The notes below the pieces were generated by a model. That model did not search any database and was not told the DNA's origin. It saw only the letters and a program-made list of their open reading frames with translations. From Callorhinchus milii (lineage: Eukaryota), in contig NW_024704742.1 of the NCBI RefSeq assembly GCF_018977255.1, forward strand, positions 13,394,001 through 13,458,000: a stretch of 64,000 nucleotides of DNA, read 5' to 3'. Position 1 is the stretch's first letter. Every line of letters begins with the position of its first letter. Position numbers and translations under genes: made by a program. Shown one piece after another: positions 43,975 to 57,381 of this stretch.

Positions 43975-45898
43975 TGACATACTCTTTAACGAACTCCACT
44001 GTGTAACAAACTCCAGCATTTACTGAAAGTGTTTACGTTGCCTGTTATATAATGAAAAGATCGTATAATTGATCATGGTATTTTGCCATATTATGAAACT
44101 TCAGCCAGTGAACCAGAAGCCTTGGAGCTTGAGAGATCGAATGTTTGTGGCAAAAAACTCAGACATTATCACTTGGAAAAGGTGGGAGCATAATGATCTT
44201 TCCGAGAGAGAGTACATCGTTCCTAAGCCATATTATTACAGGATGCTATTTTGGGGGCCGAGGAATGTTTTCAAGACCTGGATTAATAAATCATGAAGCT
44301 CTTCCCTGCAGTGTTTGCACTACTCTTGGTAAAAATGCATACACGGGAACTCTACTTTTTCATTCATTTGAGCTCTGCTTGGATACAAATGAATAAGCTG
44401 GTTAGATAACTGGGGTGGAGGGGAAGTCTGGGGACTGTCGCTACCAGGGCTGCTTGTATTTTCTTTCTCCTGCTGTTAGCGGCTGTGTAGATGCTTCACA
44501 CCAGGGAAAGATCTCTGCAACTGCACATTGTTTACCATGGTCTTTTTCTCAAGGTTTATATTCACGAGTAATTCATTTGAATTCCGCTTCTAATTTTTTT
44601 TGAAAGAGCTTGGTTTTAGTTTTGCATCAAGTGGTTTGGGTTGAGATATGACTGAGCCAGTAGCTGCTGAGTCAGTCACTTAAACAGTCATCAGAGAAGT
44701 CAAATTATTTTTTTACAAATGGAGTATGTAACACTTGTGGGTTATCATTGATTGGCACACAGGCCTCATTGAATAAACAATATATTTTAATCAGAAGACA
44801 GTAGGGTCATGTTCTGGAAGGATTAAATATAATAATAATCCTTGTATTTGATATAACGCCTTATCATGTCTTTGAGATGTCTCAAAGCGCTTCACAGAAT
44901 ATACGGTAAAGTGAATTGACTGTATATTTTGTGGGCAAAACGTGGCAGCCAATTGCACACAGTAGAAATGGGTTGAAGGTTTTTTTTCAAAACATCTCTT
45001 ATAGTCAGTCCTGTCTGATCAAGCTAAACAAGGTATTTCACAATAAACCAGAGTGCTGAGAATGTGTTCTCAGGATGGACTTTGGTAAATTGTATGCAGA
45101 CAATAACTATTCCAACTAACCTACAGTGCAACCTGTTGTCATACTATCCTTGTTTTGTTGCACTTATATAGCGCCCTCCACACAGGGTAGCATCTTACAG
45201 CGCTTAACAGTGGTGAAGCCTGAATCCGAGCTGCGGAGATGGCATGGTCAAAGAGGAAGGTTTTCAGGCAGGACTTGAAAAAGGGGAGAGAGGGGGCAAA
45301 GCAAAGGGATTGAGGAAGAGTGTCAGATAGGGAACAAATATCAGAAGTAACATTGCTCTTGTTCTCCAGCTCCTCTCTGCATTGTTGTCAGACTTGGGAG
45401 CAGACATGTCCTATTCTATAGTGGGGGCCATTGCAAGCACATCATGTCATCATCCCTAGTGCCCACATACAAATTTCCCATAGGTGGAGTTGCATAGAGT
45501 TCAGGATTTTCCCCTTCTTAAAATCATAATAATAATAATTCTTGCATTTGATACAGTGCTTTATCATGTTATTGAGACGCTTCAAAGCGCTTCACAGAAT
45601 ATACTATAACGTGAATTGTCTATATTTTATGGGTGAAATGAGGCAGCCAATTGCACACAGCAATTGCGCTCATTGGGTGCTTAATGCCAACTGTGCCGCT
45701 GTACTGCTCACCTGGCTAGAGACCTGCTACTTCACTGCAGACCAGATCAAATCTAGGACTTTACAGTTATTAATTGGATAAGCTCATTTAGCCTTGGGGC
45801 ACGCAGCACAACTTTTTATTTATTTTTTAAGTAAAAAATATTTTGAATGCCAGGAAGGAAAGCTTATCAATCTGACAACAGCATTGTGAACAAGGTAA

Positions 45899-46153
<255 letters not shown>

Positions 46154-46694
46154 TAACTCTGTAAACAAAAGACGTTTTGTATAAAAATATGCAAGCAACA
46201 CGTTAAAACTCTTAATAGCTAGTTGGTCAGATTTTGTCTCGGTGAATGTGCTTGTTCTTTCTCTTACTTTAATACATTTGACTCTTTTCCTTCCATCGAT
46301 ATGCAGTTCCTCAGGCTCCAGTATGTCACCTCAGTGCCCAACCAGTTCTTCACTGGATAATTGACTGTGAGATGCATCTTGAGCCCAGTCCGGTTTCTCC
46401 CAATGATACAGTTGCCAACAGAGGCTCAAGATATCAATCAGGAACAGGAATTCTTGATCAACAGCCAGTGCAACAGCCAATATAACTGCATTTGTGTAGC
46501 AGGCTGTCTGGCTCTCTGTGAGCAGGCTGCTTCTGGACCTTATCTTTAAATATAAAAAAAAGAAAGCCACCTTTTGAGATGTGAGCAACGTCGCTTTCTG
46601 TGTGCTGCACACGTGCAAAGTAGGAAGTGATGTTGGCATCAAGTTAAAGCTGACTTCTAGGTCATCAGATTATGCTGACATTACTCTGTGTGTG

Positions 46695-47160
46695 TCTTCC
46701 TGTCGGCCTTCCCAACTCTTCCCTCCACAAGCTGCAGATCATCCAGAACTGTGCAGCTCATGCAGGCACCAGGGTCCATGACCCCATCACCCCCACCCTC
46801 ATTCGACTCCACTGCCTCCCATCCCCCAGAGGATAGAGTTCAAAATGCTCGTCCTCGCCTTCAAGGTCCTCCACGGCCTTGACCCTCCTACCTCTGTGAT
46901 CTACTCACCCCATGCCAACCTGTCCGCTTCCTCCACTCAGCAGGCTTTACGTCCCCCACCCGGCACGTCCCCCGGTCTTTCAGCCTCTCCACCTGTACCC
47001 TTTGGAACTCCATCCCACATTCCCTTCGGCTAGCTCGCTCCTTCAAGGCACATCTCAAGACCCTCCTCTTCGACAGAGCCTTCAGCCACCCTCCTACCCT
47101 TGATGCCCTCCACTGTCACAGCTCAGGTCTAAATCCGCTATACAAATGTAATGTTGTGTT
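46695..47160 (+). mobile_element. L2 LINE 3' fragment in AK3 intron 3
   Basis: Similar to 41600-42140 (ggccttcccaactc...gctgcagatcatccagaact). Confidence 0.75.
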
Positions 47161-47251
47161 GTATTTATGCTACCATGAAAGGTCCTATATAAATGTAAAT
47201 TTGTATTATGTTATTAATTGTTTTATTATCTCTGAACTTTTTGTTTAATAA

Positions 47252-47374
<123 letters not shown>

Positions 47375-47806
47375 TAAGTTCTGGTGAAGGTTAATTCTGC
47401 GTAGATGCATCTTGGGAGTATTGCATCACCTATGTGGGAAACCTTTAGAGTAACATGTTTAAAATTGAGTGGACACTGAGCACAAAATGTGTTCTGAAGG
47501 GTTTATTTTGTGAGTTTTGTTAATAACCTAAACATGCATATAGTAATAATAATAAATTGGTCACTCAATCCATGACACTGTTTGTGGGACACTCCTGGGC
47601 GCAATTGGCTGCTGTGTTTTGCCCATAAAATATACAGTTGATTCACTTTACAGTCTACGCTGTGAAGTGCTTTGAGACTTCTCGAAGATGTGATAACACG
47701 CTATATCAAATGCAAGGATTATTATTATTATTGGGACACCAGATTACAAAAAGGGTCTGATTCCAATTCAACTTGAGAGATAGTTTTGCTGTGTTTCTTT
47801 CTGTAG

Positions 47807-47906
47807 AAATAAAGGTGTTTTAGAAATCTTCTCTGGCACAGAAACCAACATGATTTGGCCTCACGTACGAGATTTTCTCAGCAAGAAACTGCCCGCACTC
47901 AGTTAA
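47807..47906 (+). CDS. AK3: AK3 last coding exon, stop TAA; full CDS 660 nt / 219 aa
   Basis: ctgtag| acceptor, encodes [32 protein letters not shown]. Confidence 0.95.
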
Positions 47907-48873
47907 ATGGAGGAATCGAGCAATGGCTCAAGAAAATGAAGAACACCGCACATCTTACCTTCAAATGGCACAACTACCATTAGTGTTTTTAGACACCTTT
48001 TTATTGGTTTAGACTTTCAGGAAAACAAACACAAAGTATTGGGAATTTTTTTTAAAAATCGCATTTGATCTATAGGAAACCTGAGAAAAGTTTTGATTTT
48101 ACTTGAAAACTGGTTCAAAGAACAAGTCGGATTGCACCCAGTTGAGTAGAGGCCTATTCCATCATTAAAGCATCTACTTCACATAATGCTTGACATTGTA
48201 ATTACTTGCACAAACTCATAAATATTCCTATGGCATATCTTGTGACCTGCAATATGTTTCTGCATTTGAATTTGGCAGTTATAATTTTGTTAGCCTCAGG
48301 ATTTCAATGCAGTCCTTGTGTATACTCTTGACAAGGAATTGAAGTAATTCCAGGAAACTGAAGGACAAGTTCATTTTTTAATTGCTAAAGGACTTGGCTC
48401 AATCTACCCTTCATTCCAGGTTCTGGTGTGGGATTATTGTTCCATCTTCTCTCTCTTTATCAACTCTTTATAGTGTGCAGATCTTACAAATTATACTTAG
48501 TGTGATCTGTATATATCATAAGGACCTTAATTTGTTAAATTGTCTTTTCAATCACATCTGAAAACACTACGATTGACTCCAATGTAATAATAGTTAATGC
48601 TGAGTAAAATTGTTTATGATAATTATGTGTAAAGATCATGATCACACTAGTAGCAATTTAACAGCAAAACTTTGCTTTTGTTACTCAAAGAGTACTCTGA
48701 ATTAAACTTTTGTAGTTCAATTATTTTGAAAATTATATTGTGTAAATGCTTTATTTAATGATCAATATTTGTTCAAATACTTAATTTTGTCAACCCAACT
48801 GGAGAATAGTTCCAGCATGGTTCCACGTTTGTTACAAAGATTGTCTACAAAGTGCGCAATCACTAAACTTCAC

Positions 48874-48879
48874 AATAAA
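48874..48879 (+). terminator. Candidate AK3 polyadenylation signal AATAAA
   Basis: About 1 kb after the stop, at the end of an AT-rich, repeat-free 3'UTR-like stretch. Confidence 0.35.
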
Positions 48880-49142
48880 AATCCTCCCAATGTGAAAGGA
48901 GCTATATTAAATGCAAGGCTGCTTTCATGATGTCACTTTGATGTGATTCAAATTGTATTAATTGAAATTTGGCAGCTTGGTACAGTTCCATCATGAATGA
49001 TCAGTCCATTCCCAGAGAAACCAAACATATTATTTTGCACACATCACGTTCCTGCATCGCTGCTCACTTGATTACTTAAACATCACATGTTAATGATGCC
49101 ATCAAATGAAGTTTAGCATTTTCAGGTCAAATCTAGGTCAAG

Positions 49143-49437
49143 GTGGAGTCCTGTAGCTCAGCGGTTAGAGCACTTGCCTTGCAAGTGAAAAACCTGGGTT
49201 TCATTCCCGGCACGGCGAAAACTTGGGCAAGTTTCCTTACTCCGCACGACTGATAACAATCCCTCAAGAAAAAAACCAATAATAAATTGGTCACTTCAAC
49301 CCACGTGGGACACTGCTGTGTGTAATTGGCTGCTGCGTTTCACCCACAGTCAATTCACTTTACAGTATATTCTGTGGAGTGCTTTGAGACGTCTAGAAGA
49401 CATTTAAAGCGCTGTATCAAATGCAAGGATTATTATA
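49143..49437 (+). mobile_element. tRNA-Ala-derived SINE
   Basis: Family match. Confidence 0.85.
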
Positions 49438-50314
49438 TATGAACCTCCACTTCAATCCGTATATCCTGTAAAGTGCTTTGGGACTTCGTCCTCATGTGAA
49501 AGGCGCAATCCAAATGTATGAATTGTTATTATAATCTTTGCTATTAAGAAATGGCAAAACATCTGATTCACTGTAGACTACAGCAGCAATTGTAACATCT
49601 TCCAATCATAATAGAAATAATAATAAATAATCCTTGCATTTGGTATAGTGTCTTTCACGTCGGGATGTCCCAAAGTGCTTCACAGGGTGAAGTGAAATGT
49701 TTGTTGGCGAAATGCCCACAAGTAGTAAACCTGATTAAAGGTGAATGGATCGATTTCAAATTCCTTCATATCCCTACCTATCCATTCTGCTTACGCCCCC
49801 ACACCACCACCCACTGCCTCCGCTCGACTGGCTCCGGCCTCCTGGTTGTCCCCCATCCCCTCCACTCAACCATCGGTGACTGTGCCTTCAGCCACTATGC
49901 TCTGGAACTCTCTTCCTCAACCCCTCCCACTTGCCCCCTCCCTCACCACTGTCAAATCCAGCCTACAGACCTTCCTTTTTGATTGTGTTTACGTCACCTC
50001 CCCCTGGCTCGGGGTCAGACTCCACTGCTGTCAAGCGCTCTGGGACAGTACCATGTGTGAAGACTGCTTATCAACCTGACTCAATTGGCAGCATTCTCGC
50101 CTCTGAGTCAGACTTGTGGTTTTAAATCCCGCGTCAGGACTTTAAAGTCTTTGAAAGGTGTTCCCAGCACATGGAGACATCCTCCCGCCAAGAAAGGTGC
50201 TACAAAATGGAAATGTGTTGTGGTTGAACTTATTATCCTGGCTGACAGTCCAGTGCTGTGTGTGTGGTGTGTGTGGTCCTTCAGATGAGACATTACTTTG
50301 AGGTGGATGTTAAA

Positions 50315-51985
50315 CGACAACAAAATTATATATGTAAAGCGCCTTTCGTGACGGGAGGACGTCCCAAGGTGCTGGACAGTCAGTGTTTTGGACCTGAGCT
50401 GGGGGCTGGGATTGGGGAGGGTGGAGGGCAGGGGGCGAAGCAGGGTGATTGAAAGCATGGTCGAAGAGGAGGGTCTTGAGATGGGGCTTGAAGGAGCCAA
50501 GGGACAGGGCGAGGCCGAGGGATGGAGTTCCAGTGGACGTGGACAGAGTGGCAGATGGCCCGCCTGCCAACGGTGGGGCAGGCGAGTCAGAGGGCGTGAA
50601 GCAGGCTGGAACACGCTGAGTGGAGGGTGCGAGCAGGATGGTAGGGGGTTAAGATGTTGCAGAGGTGGTCGGAGTAAGATCATGGAGGGCTTTGAAGATG
50701 GGGACCAGGATCTTGAACTGTATCCTCTGTGTGATGGGAAGTCAGTGGAGTCGGGCGAGGATGGGGTGATAGGGCCATGGATCCTAGTGCGGGAGAGGAC
50801 ATGTGCTGCAGAGTTCTGGATGATCTGCAGCTTATGGAGGGAGGAGTTGAGGCCAACAATTTCAAATGCAAGGAGCTGGCATTTTCAAAGCCTCGATGTT
50901 ATGATTATGTTTATGAGGATTTCGGTGGCCTACAATATGAGACAGTGGCGGAGGTGGGGGAAGGCAGAACGAGTCATGGCGCAGATGTGGGGTGGAAAGG
51001 ATAGTTGAGGGTCTAAAAAGACCCCAAGGTTCTGGACTGGCTTAGCAAGGTGCAGTGTGCAACCATGGATGGTGATGCTGTCAGCGCCTGAGGTGAGGAG
51101 GCGCTGACGGGAGCCAATCAGGAGAGCCTCGGTCTTGTTGACATTCAACTGAAGAAAGTTAGCTCTCATCCAGGACTTGATGTCTGACAGACATTCTGTC
51201 AGCACAGCAGTGGTCTTGGAGTCGAGGGTAGAGGTAGAGAGGTAGAGTTGAGTGTCATCCGCATACATGTGGAAGTTGACCCAGTGTCTGTGGATGATGT
51301 CACCAAAAGGGAGCAAATAGATATTGGAGAGAGGGGACCAAGGACAGAGCCCTGAGGAACCCTGCACGAGACGGTGTGTGGGCTACAGGAGAAACCACTT
51401 GTGGAGATGAAGTGGAGGTGGTGTGAGAGGTATGATCTGAACCAGTCAAGGACAGCGCCGAGAAAGTTGAGGTGAGAGATGGTGGATGAGGATAGAGTGG
51501 TCAACAGTGTCTAAAGCAGCAAATAGGTTGAGGGCGAGGAGGCAGAGGAAGCCCTGGTTGCAGATGGACAGAATGACACTTGTCACTTTGACCAGGGCTG
51601 TTTCTGTGCTGTGGGTAACATGGAAACCGAATTGGAGGGGTTCGTGAAGGGAGTGGCGGGAGAGAAGCTGGGAAGCAACGACTTGTTCCAGGACCTTGGA
51701 GAGGAAAGGGAGGTTGGAGATGGGGTGGTAGTTTGAGAGCAGGAATGGGCCCAGGGAGGGTTTATTAAGGATAGGAGTGATGACGGCTGTTTTTAAAGGG
51801 GTGGGAAAGGTACCAATGAGCAGGCCGAATATGGTATCTGTGAGTAGAGGGGCAAGAAGATGGAGCTGGGAGATAAGTTAGGGATGGGGTCGAGGGAGCA
51901 GTTTTCATGCGGGTTATAGTGTTGAGAAGAGTGGGAAACAGGTTCGAAAGTGGGGAGGGAGAGAGGAATGGGGTGAGATGGGGAT
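50315..51985 (-). mobile_element. L2-clade LINE RT and 3' end, nested in a Deu-SINE (about 50083-52230)
   Basis: [37 protein letters not shown]. The host SINE core ggtggatgttaaa|gatc..catggcact is split by the insert. Confidence 0.92.
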
Positions 51986-54631
51986 CTAATTAAAGATCTC
52001 ATGGCACTATTTGAAAATAGAAAGGGCTATCTCCTGGTATCTTGGCCAACAATCCCCCAAAATAAAATTTGTGATTTACTCCATGGCTGTTTGTGGGACA
52101 CTATTTGTGTGCAAGTAGGTTGCTGCTTTTGCAGTCACCCACACTTCACAGCAAAATCCTTTTGAGTGCTTTGAGATGTCTTGACAATGTGATGAGGAGC
52201 TATTTCAAATGCGAGGATTATTATTTTATTTGCCCTGAGAAATGAGTATTGAAACGGGTATCCTGACTGCTAATGCCACAGGGAAAGTGGTTGTCATTAT
52301 TTAACATTTTTATCATTTCCTTTGGATATTGGGTAATACCAGCAGGGTCCAGAATCTATTGCTGATCCCTGTGTGTGTCAGAGTGTATATATTATAACAC
52401 TGGGATAAATTGTTTTAGTTTCAAAATTTCCATTACAAAAAGGTCTATATTTACCATAAACCTTTGTAAAATCTCTATTCTTCACTCCCACCACCACAAA
52501 CCTATACTATATTGGCAATTTGTTTCGATTGAACAATAAAGCAGTTTTATTGTTTAAGATGCAACACTTGGCTGAACCAAACCTATTAATATAATAAGAA
52601 TAATTTGGTCACTCAATCCACAACTGTTTATGGGACACAGCTGTGTGGAATTGGCTGCCATATTTCGCCCACAAAACAGTATATTCTGTGAAGTGCTTTG
52701 AGACATCTCGAATTCTGTATAGGAGTAGCGATTGTGAAATTTATAATTAAATTATCTGACAATTATGCAGTGCAACAATTGAAAAAAATGAGGTGTACTT
52801 TAAAAATGTATTCAAAGTAAGATAAAACACAACATTTTTCTAGTTTTAATACATTTATTCAGGACCAAGGAAAGAAAACTCGGTTGTTAAATCTTCCACA
52901 ATAATAATAATAATCCTTGCACTTGATACAGCGCTTTTCGTCTCAAAGTGCTTCACAGAATATACTGTAAAATGAATTGACCATATATTTGTGGGCGAAA
53001 CACGGCAGATAATTGCGCACAGCAGTGTCCCAAATGCAAACATGTCAGTGCAAAAACTAAACATCTATGCCTTCCGTCAAAAGTGTACATTGATCACTCC
53101 CACCCCACTCACAAGAATCAGCCAACGCAAGTTGTGGTTAAACTGACTGTGACAGGACTGGACTGTAACAATGGAGTATTAAACCTGAATTCAAATGAGC
53201 TCCCAAGTCAAATCTTACTTTATAAGATCTATCAATCCAGAGTGAGATCTACAGCTCATTCAATGGGGTGTTCAGGCTGCAGGGTTGGGGTGTTGCATGC
53301 CATTTTTGGCACTCTAAATAAAAGGTTTCCTTTGTCCTTCCCGTCAAGCAACAGTAACACAGAACATTCTTGATGCTTTTGCTCTTTACACTTACAAAGA
53401 TGTTGGAAAGTTAATTCTAAAGAGTGGATCAAGTGAAATTGTAAGAAAACTTTACACCATGTTTAACAAGTCTCCTGGGACAGAGAGTAAATTCTGAGAT
53501 CCAATATGTCTGCTTCAATATGTCTGTGCCAATGTCATCCAGATCCACTGGGGCTGGGGGGGGCGCGGAGAAGAGAAAGAGAGTCCAACAATTCTATTTG
53601 TGTTCTATACTAGCAGAATTTATTGAACGGTTCTCATTGACTTCAACTTGCTGTATTCAGGTATATACCTGTCACCAAGTTGGGCCCAACTGCAATGCCT
53701 TGTAATCACTCCCAATGAGGACACAGATGTTTCATTCACACAGGCAAAAAAATTAACCCAAAGTTTCCATCTCTGAGATCATCTCACACACTGGAGAGGC
53801 AGCTCCAGTAAACTATCCTTTGTGGATTTGATACATTTGAGCCAACATTAAAACAATAACAGTTTGTATACCTCCGGCAAGGGGGCTAGAGAATTGAGAA
53901 AAATATGGACTACATTAAGGAGTGCTTGTGCCTAGGAAGTCTGCAGTACCCAAAGCTTTGTCTTTTGAATTTGAGTAGTCCCATTGATGCTGTAACACTT
54001 AAGACTATTAGTCTGCTGAAAATTTCCATAAGATTCATTGAACAAACAGATCCCAGTGTCACTGCAATTTTTAACCAGCGATGTGGGAGATAAACCGTCA
54101 ACTTCAAGAGACTCAGTGGTCTAACTTTAAAAGAACACACATTATTCCAACCTTTTTTTGGTTAAAAAAAATCCAGCTTATAATTTTTCAGAGCTGGCCA
54201 AACCATGGTTTAGTTGAGAGAGGGACTAATTTTTAATATGAATATAAAAAAATCACATGCACCAACCTACATCCCCTTCACTACATACCAAACATTGGGA
54301 AGCTCATATTTTTATTAGTTGAGGAACTTGAAAGAATTATAGATTCTTGTTACTGAAAGACAGTGGCTCCTGTATGGAATTCCAAGAATTTGCCATCGGG
54401 TGCAACTTATTCCCAGATTTACTCCCCAAAAAAGTCCTTCTGCAAGGAAACAAAACCCGCCCTGTGACTCATTTCACTGCTCAATGCAACTGATATTCTG
54501 CAAAGCAAAACCAAAGTAGACAGAATTTGGCCTGCATAGGTCAAACAAGGATAAAAAAAACATCTTGGGCAAACTCCATCCCACGAACAGCCAATTACCC
54601 GGTGCTTGAATCTAAATCTTATCAGAAACCA

Positions 54632-54637
54632 TTTATT
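54632..54637 (-). terminator. Candidate CDC37L1 polyadenylation signal AATAAA
   Basis: First AATAAA noticed on the minus strand after the stop; others follow. Confidence 0.3.
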
Positions 54638-54818
54638 GCCATGGAATATAAGGAATTAACTAGAGTTTTTAACAATCCTGATGAATATAAAGTGCAGCAT
54701 TCAAACAGGCAAGTAAACAAGTTACATACAAAAATAGCTAGCTTTTCTCTCACTGCACTGAAGGTTTTTTTTAATACGCAAGCATCCTTGTAGAGAGCCA
54801 CTGCACAACAGCAACAGA

Positions 54819-54926
54819 TTAGGAAGTATCCATTGTGGGTTCCTCACTTCTTTCTTCTTTGGCTTCCTTTGAATTGCAGATCCTTAGGCCTGCATCAATA
54901 CAATGCTGCAAACAGTGTTCTGCAAC
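54819..54926 (-). CDS. CDC37L1: CDC37L1-like last coding exon, stop TAA
   Basis: ctcag| acceptor, encodes VAEHCLQHCIDAGLRICNSKEAKEERSEEPTMDTS*. CIDxGL resembles CDC37; the EPxMDT end resembles CDC37L1. Confidence 0.88.
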   Translation of the reverse strand, partial: VAEHCLQHCIDAGLRICNSKEAKEERSEEPTMDTS

Positions 54927-56164
54927 CTGAGAAAGAGAATGGACAAGTTCTTCAATAATAAAATGTGCACATCGTGAGATGGACCTTGAACATATGCTAA
55001 ATGGGCAGAAAATTAGACAAAAATTGGACACTATTTTGGGGCCTAGAAGAGTTTTTATTGTTTAAAAAAATAGGATGGACTCCAATCTTGCAGATGCAGC
55101 TCTATTTAGGTGGTGCTACATTTGCAATAACATCCAGTGCTGACTCACCATGAGTGACTGTTTTGCCCTGCCTGGAAATCAAACCCTGGTCCTCTCACTT
55201 GTGAGGCAAGTACTCTAACCACTAAGTTACCTGACTCCATGATCAAGTGTAGTTTCTGTTCTCATCAGTTACTCCTTGTTGAAATAGTTCTCCTGTTGAG
55301 AATGGATTATGTTGTGTTATCCATGATCAAAACTTACCCATAACTGGGGCATTATCCTGTAGCTCAGTGGTTAGAGCACTCGCCTCGCAAGTGAGAGCTC
55401 TGGGTTCGGCTCTCAACAGGGCGAACTTTGGGCAAGTTTCCTTGCTGTGCCCAATCGGCTGCCGCATTTCACCCACAAATATACAGTCAATTCACTTTAC
55501 AGTCTATTCTGTGAAGTGCTTTGAGATGTCCAGAAGATGTGAAAATCGCTCTATCAAATGCAAGAATTATTATTATTATTTCTTCATCCACGACAGAAGA
55601 AACAAAGAAACATAAGTGGTTAGGAAGCTTGGGAACATGAACAATATCTACGTTTCCATTCTGGGGAAGAGTATCTGCCCAGAAATGAATGAGAAAAAAA
55701 ATCTATTTCTTAACAAAATCCTGAAAGAGAAAACTAATACCATCCGTCCTCAATCACAATGGTTTGAACCAGTCGTCAAGGAAGGGCATGTGAACACCAG
55801 AGCATCTCAGAATTGTTGTTATTGGGGAAAAAAAGCAAATGTCATTTAACTCAAGAGAACCCGAAAGCAATGCGTATTTCCCCCAGCACATTTTTTGACT
55901 TATTCAAGTCTACACCAATTCAAAAAAGGCCTGTTTTACTTTAGTACAACTATTGTCTCGCACCAATTCTTGATACAACAACTTGCATTTATATAGCGCC
56001 CCACACGCAGGGTAATGTCCCAGAGCACTTGACACTCCCAACTTCTTTGTCGTGGTCAACTGCACTTTCACATACAACATGAGATAGGTTTCATTTGAAA
56101 TAAATGGGGGTTGGGGGTGGTGGTGGAAATGAGAAGATTGGCAAAATAAAACATGCGCTTCCAG

Positions 56165-56502
56165 TAAGTCCTTTAACTCAGTGGTTAGACCTCTTGCCTT
56201 GCAAGCGAGAGAATTGGGTTTGATTCCTGGCAGGGCGAAAAATTGGGCAAGTTTCCTTACTCCTTCCGGCTCTGTTTACCTAGCAGTAAGTAGGTACCCG
56301 GTTGTTAGTCATTTGACGGATCGCTTTTCTGGGGTATTAATTCCTTCAAAAAAAANTTGATCACTCAATCCACGACTGCTGGTGTGTTTCACCCACAAAA
56401 TATACAGACCATTCACTTTACAGTATATTCTTTGAAGTGCTTTGGGATGTCTCAAAGACGTGATAAGGCCCTATATCAAAATCCAAGGATTATTATTATT
56501 AT
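56165..56502 (+). mobile_element. tRNA-Ala-derived SINE
   Basis: Family match. Confidence 0.85.
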
Positions 56503-56629
56503 AGTAACCCTATACTAGGGTCTTGGTCTCTTATTGATTAATATCATTAGAATTTGCCCTTCCTGGAATTACCAGTTAAGTCCATTTGTAAAGACTTCAC
56601 AATGATAAAATCTCACATCATCAACATAC

Positions 56630-56701
56630 CTGAGGGTCCATATCACTAAGGACGTTTTGGAGGAGCTGCACATCTTGTAACTGGAAGCATCTTTTGAGCT
56701 C
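56630..56701 (-). CDS. CDC37L1: CDC37L1-like exon (72 nt, CDC37-type C-domain)
   Basis: tttcag| acceptor, encodes ELKRCFQLQDVQLLQNVLSDMDPQ, donor CAG|GTATGT. Resembles recalled CDC37 ELQKCFDVKDVQMLQDAISKMDPT. Confidence 0.88.
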
Positions 56702-57031
56702 CTGAAATCAGTCAGAGAAAAAATCACAGTAAAGTTTCATCTCTCTGCAGGACTGGCTTTACATTTCCAAATAAACACTTCATATAATGAAGGAAGGAAG
56801 GAGGGAGAAAGAGAACAAATATTTTAAGAAAAATATATTTTAAGATTTTAAGTACTTTTACCCCTTCGACAATCCCCCAGGTAAAATTAGTCACTCACTT
56901 CACAGCTATTTGCGGGATATTACTGTGCGGAAATCAATGCCACATTTACAATATATAATATATTCAGCGCCTTGGGATGTCCTCCCGACGTGAAAGGCGC
57001 TATACAAACGTAATTGTTGTTGTTGTTGTTG

Positions 57032-57381
57032 TAATAATCCTTGCATTTGATATCGAGACGTCTCAAAGCGCTTCACAGAATATACAGAATTCACAGAATT
57101 AAATTGTAGTGACTGTGCATTTTGTGGATGAAACGCTGCAACCAATTACGCGCAGCAGTGTCCCACAAACAGTCATGGATTAAGTTACCAAATTTTTTTT
57201 AAGGGATTATTATCCCTGAAAAAGCGATCCATCAATTGACTAACAGGGTTCCTGCTTACTGCTAGGTAAACAGAGGTGTGTGGAGTAGGAAACTTGCCCA
57301 AAGGTTCACCCTGCCCGGGAATCGAACCCAGGTCCTCTCACTTGCAAGTCGAGTGCTCTAACCATTAAACTACAGGACTCC
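57032..57381 (-). mobile_element. tRNA-Ala-derived SINE
   Basis: Reverse-complement family match. Confidence 0.85.

Noticed and set aside
44069..44296. 75-aa ORF in AK3 intron 2
   Set aside because: No recognisable homology or splice context.
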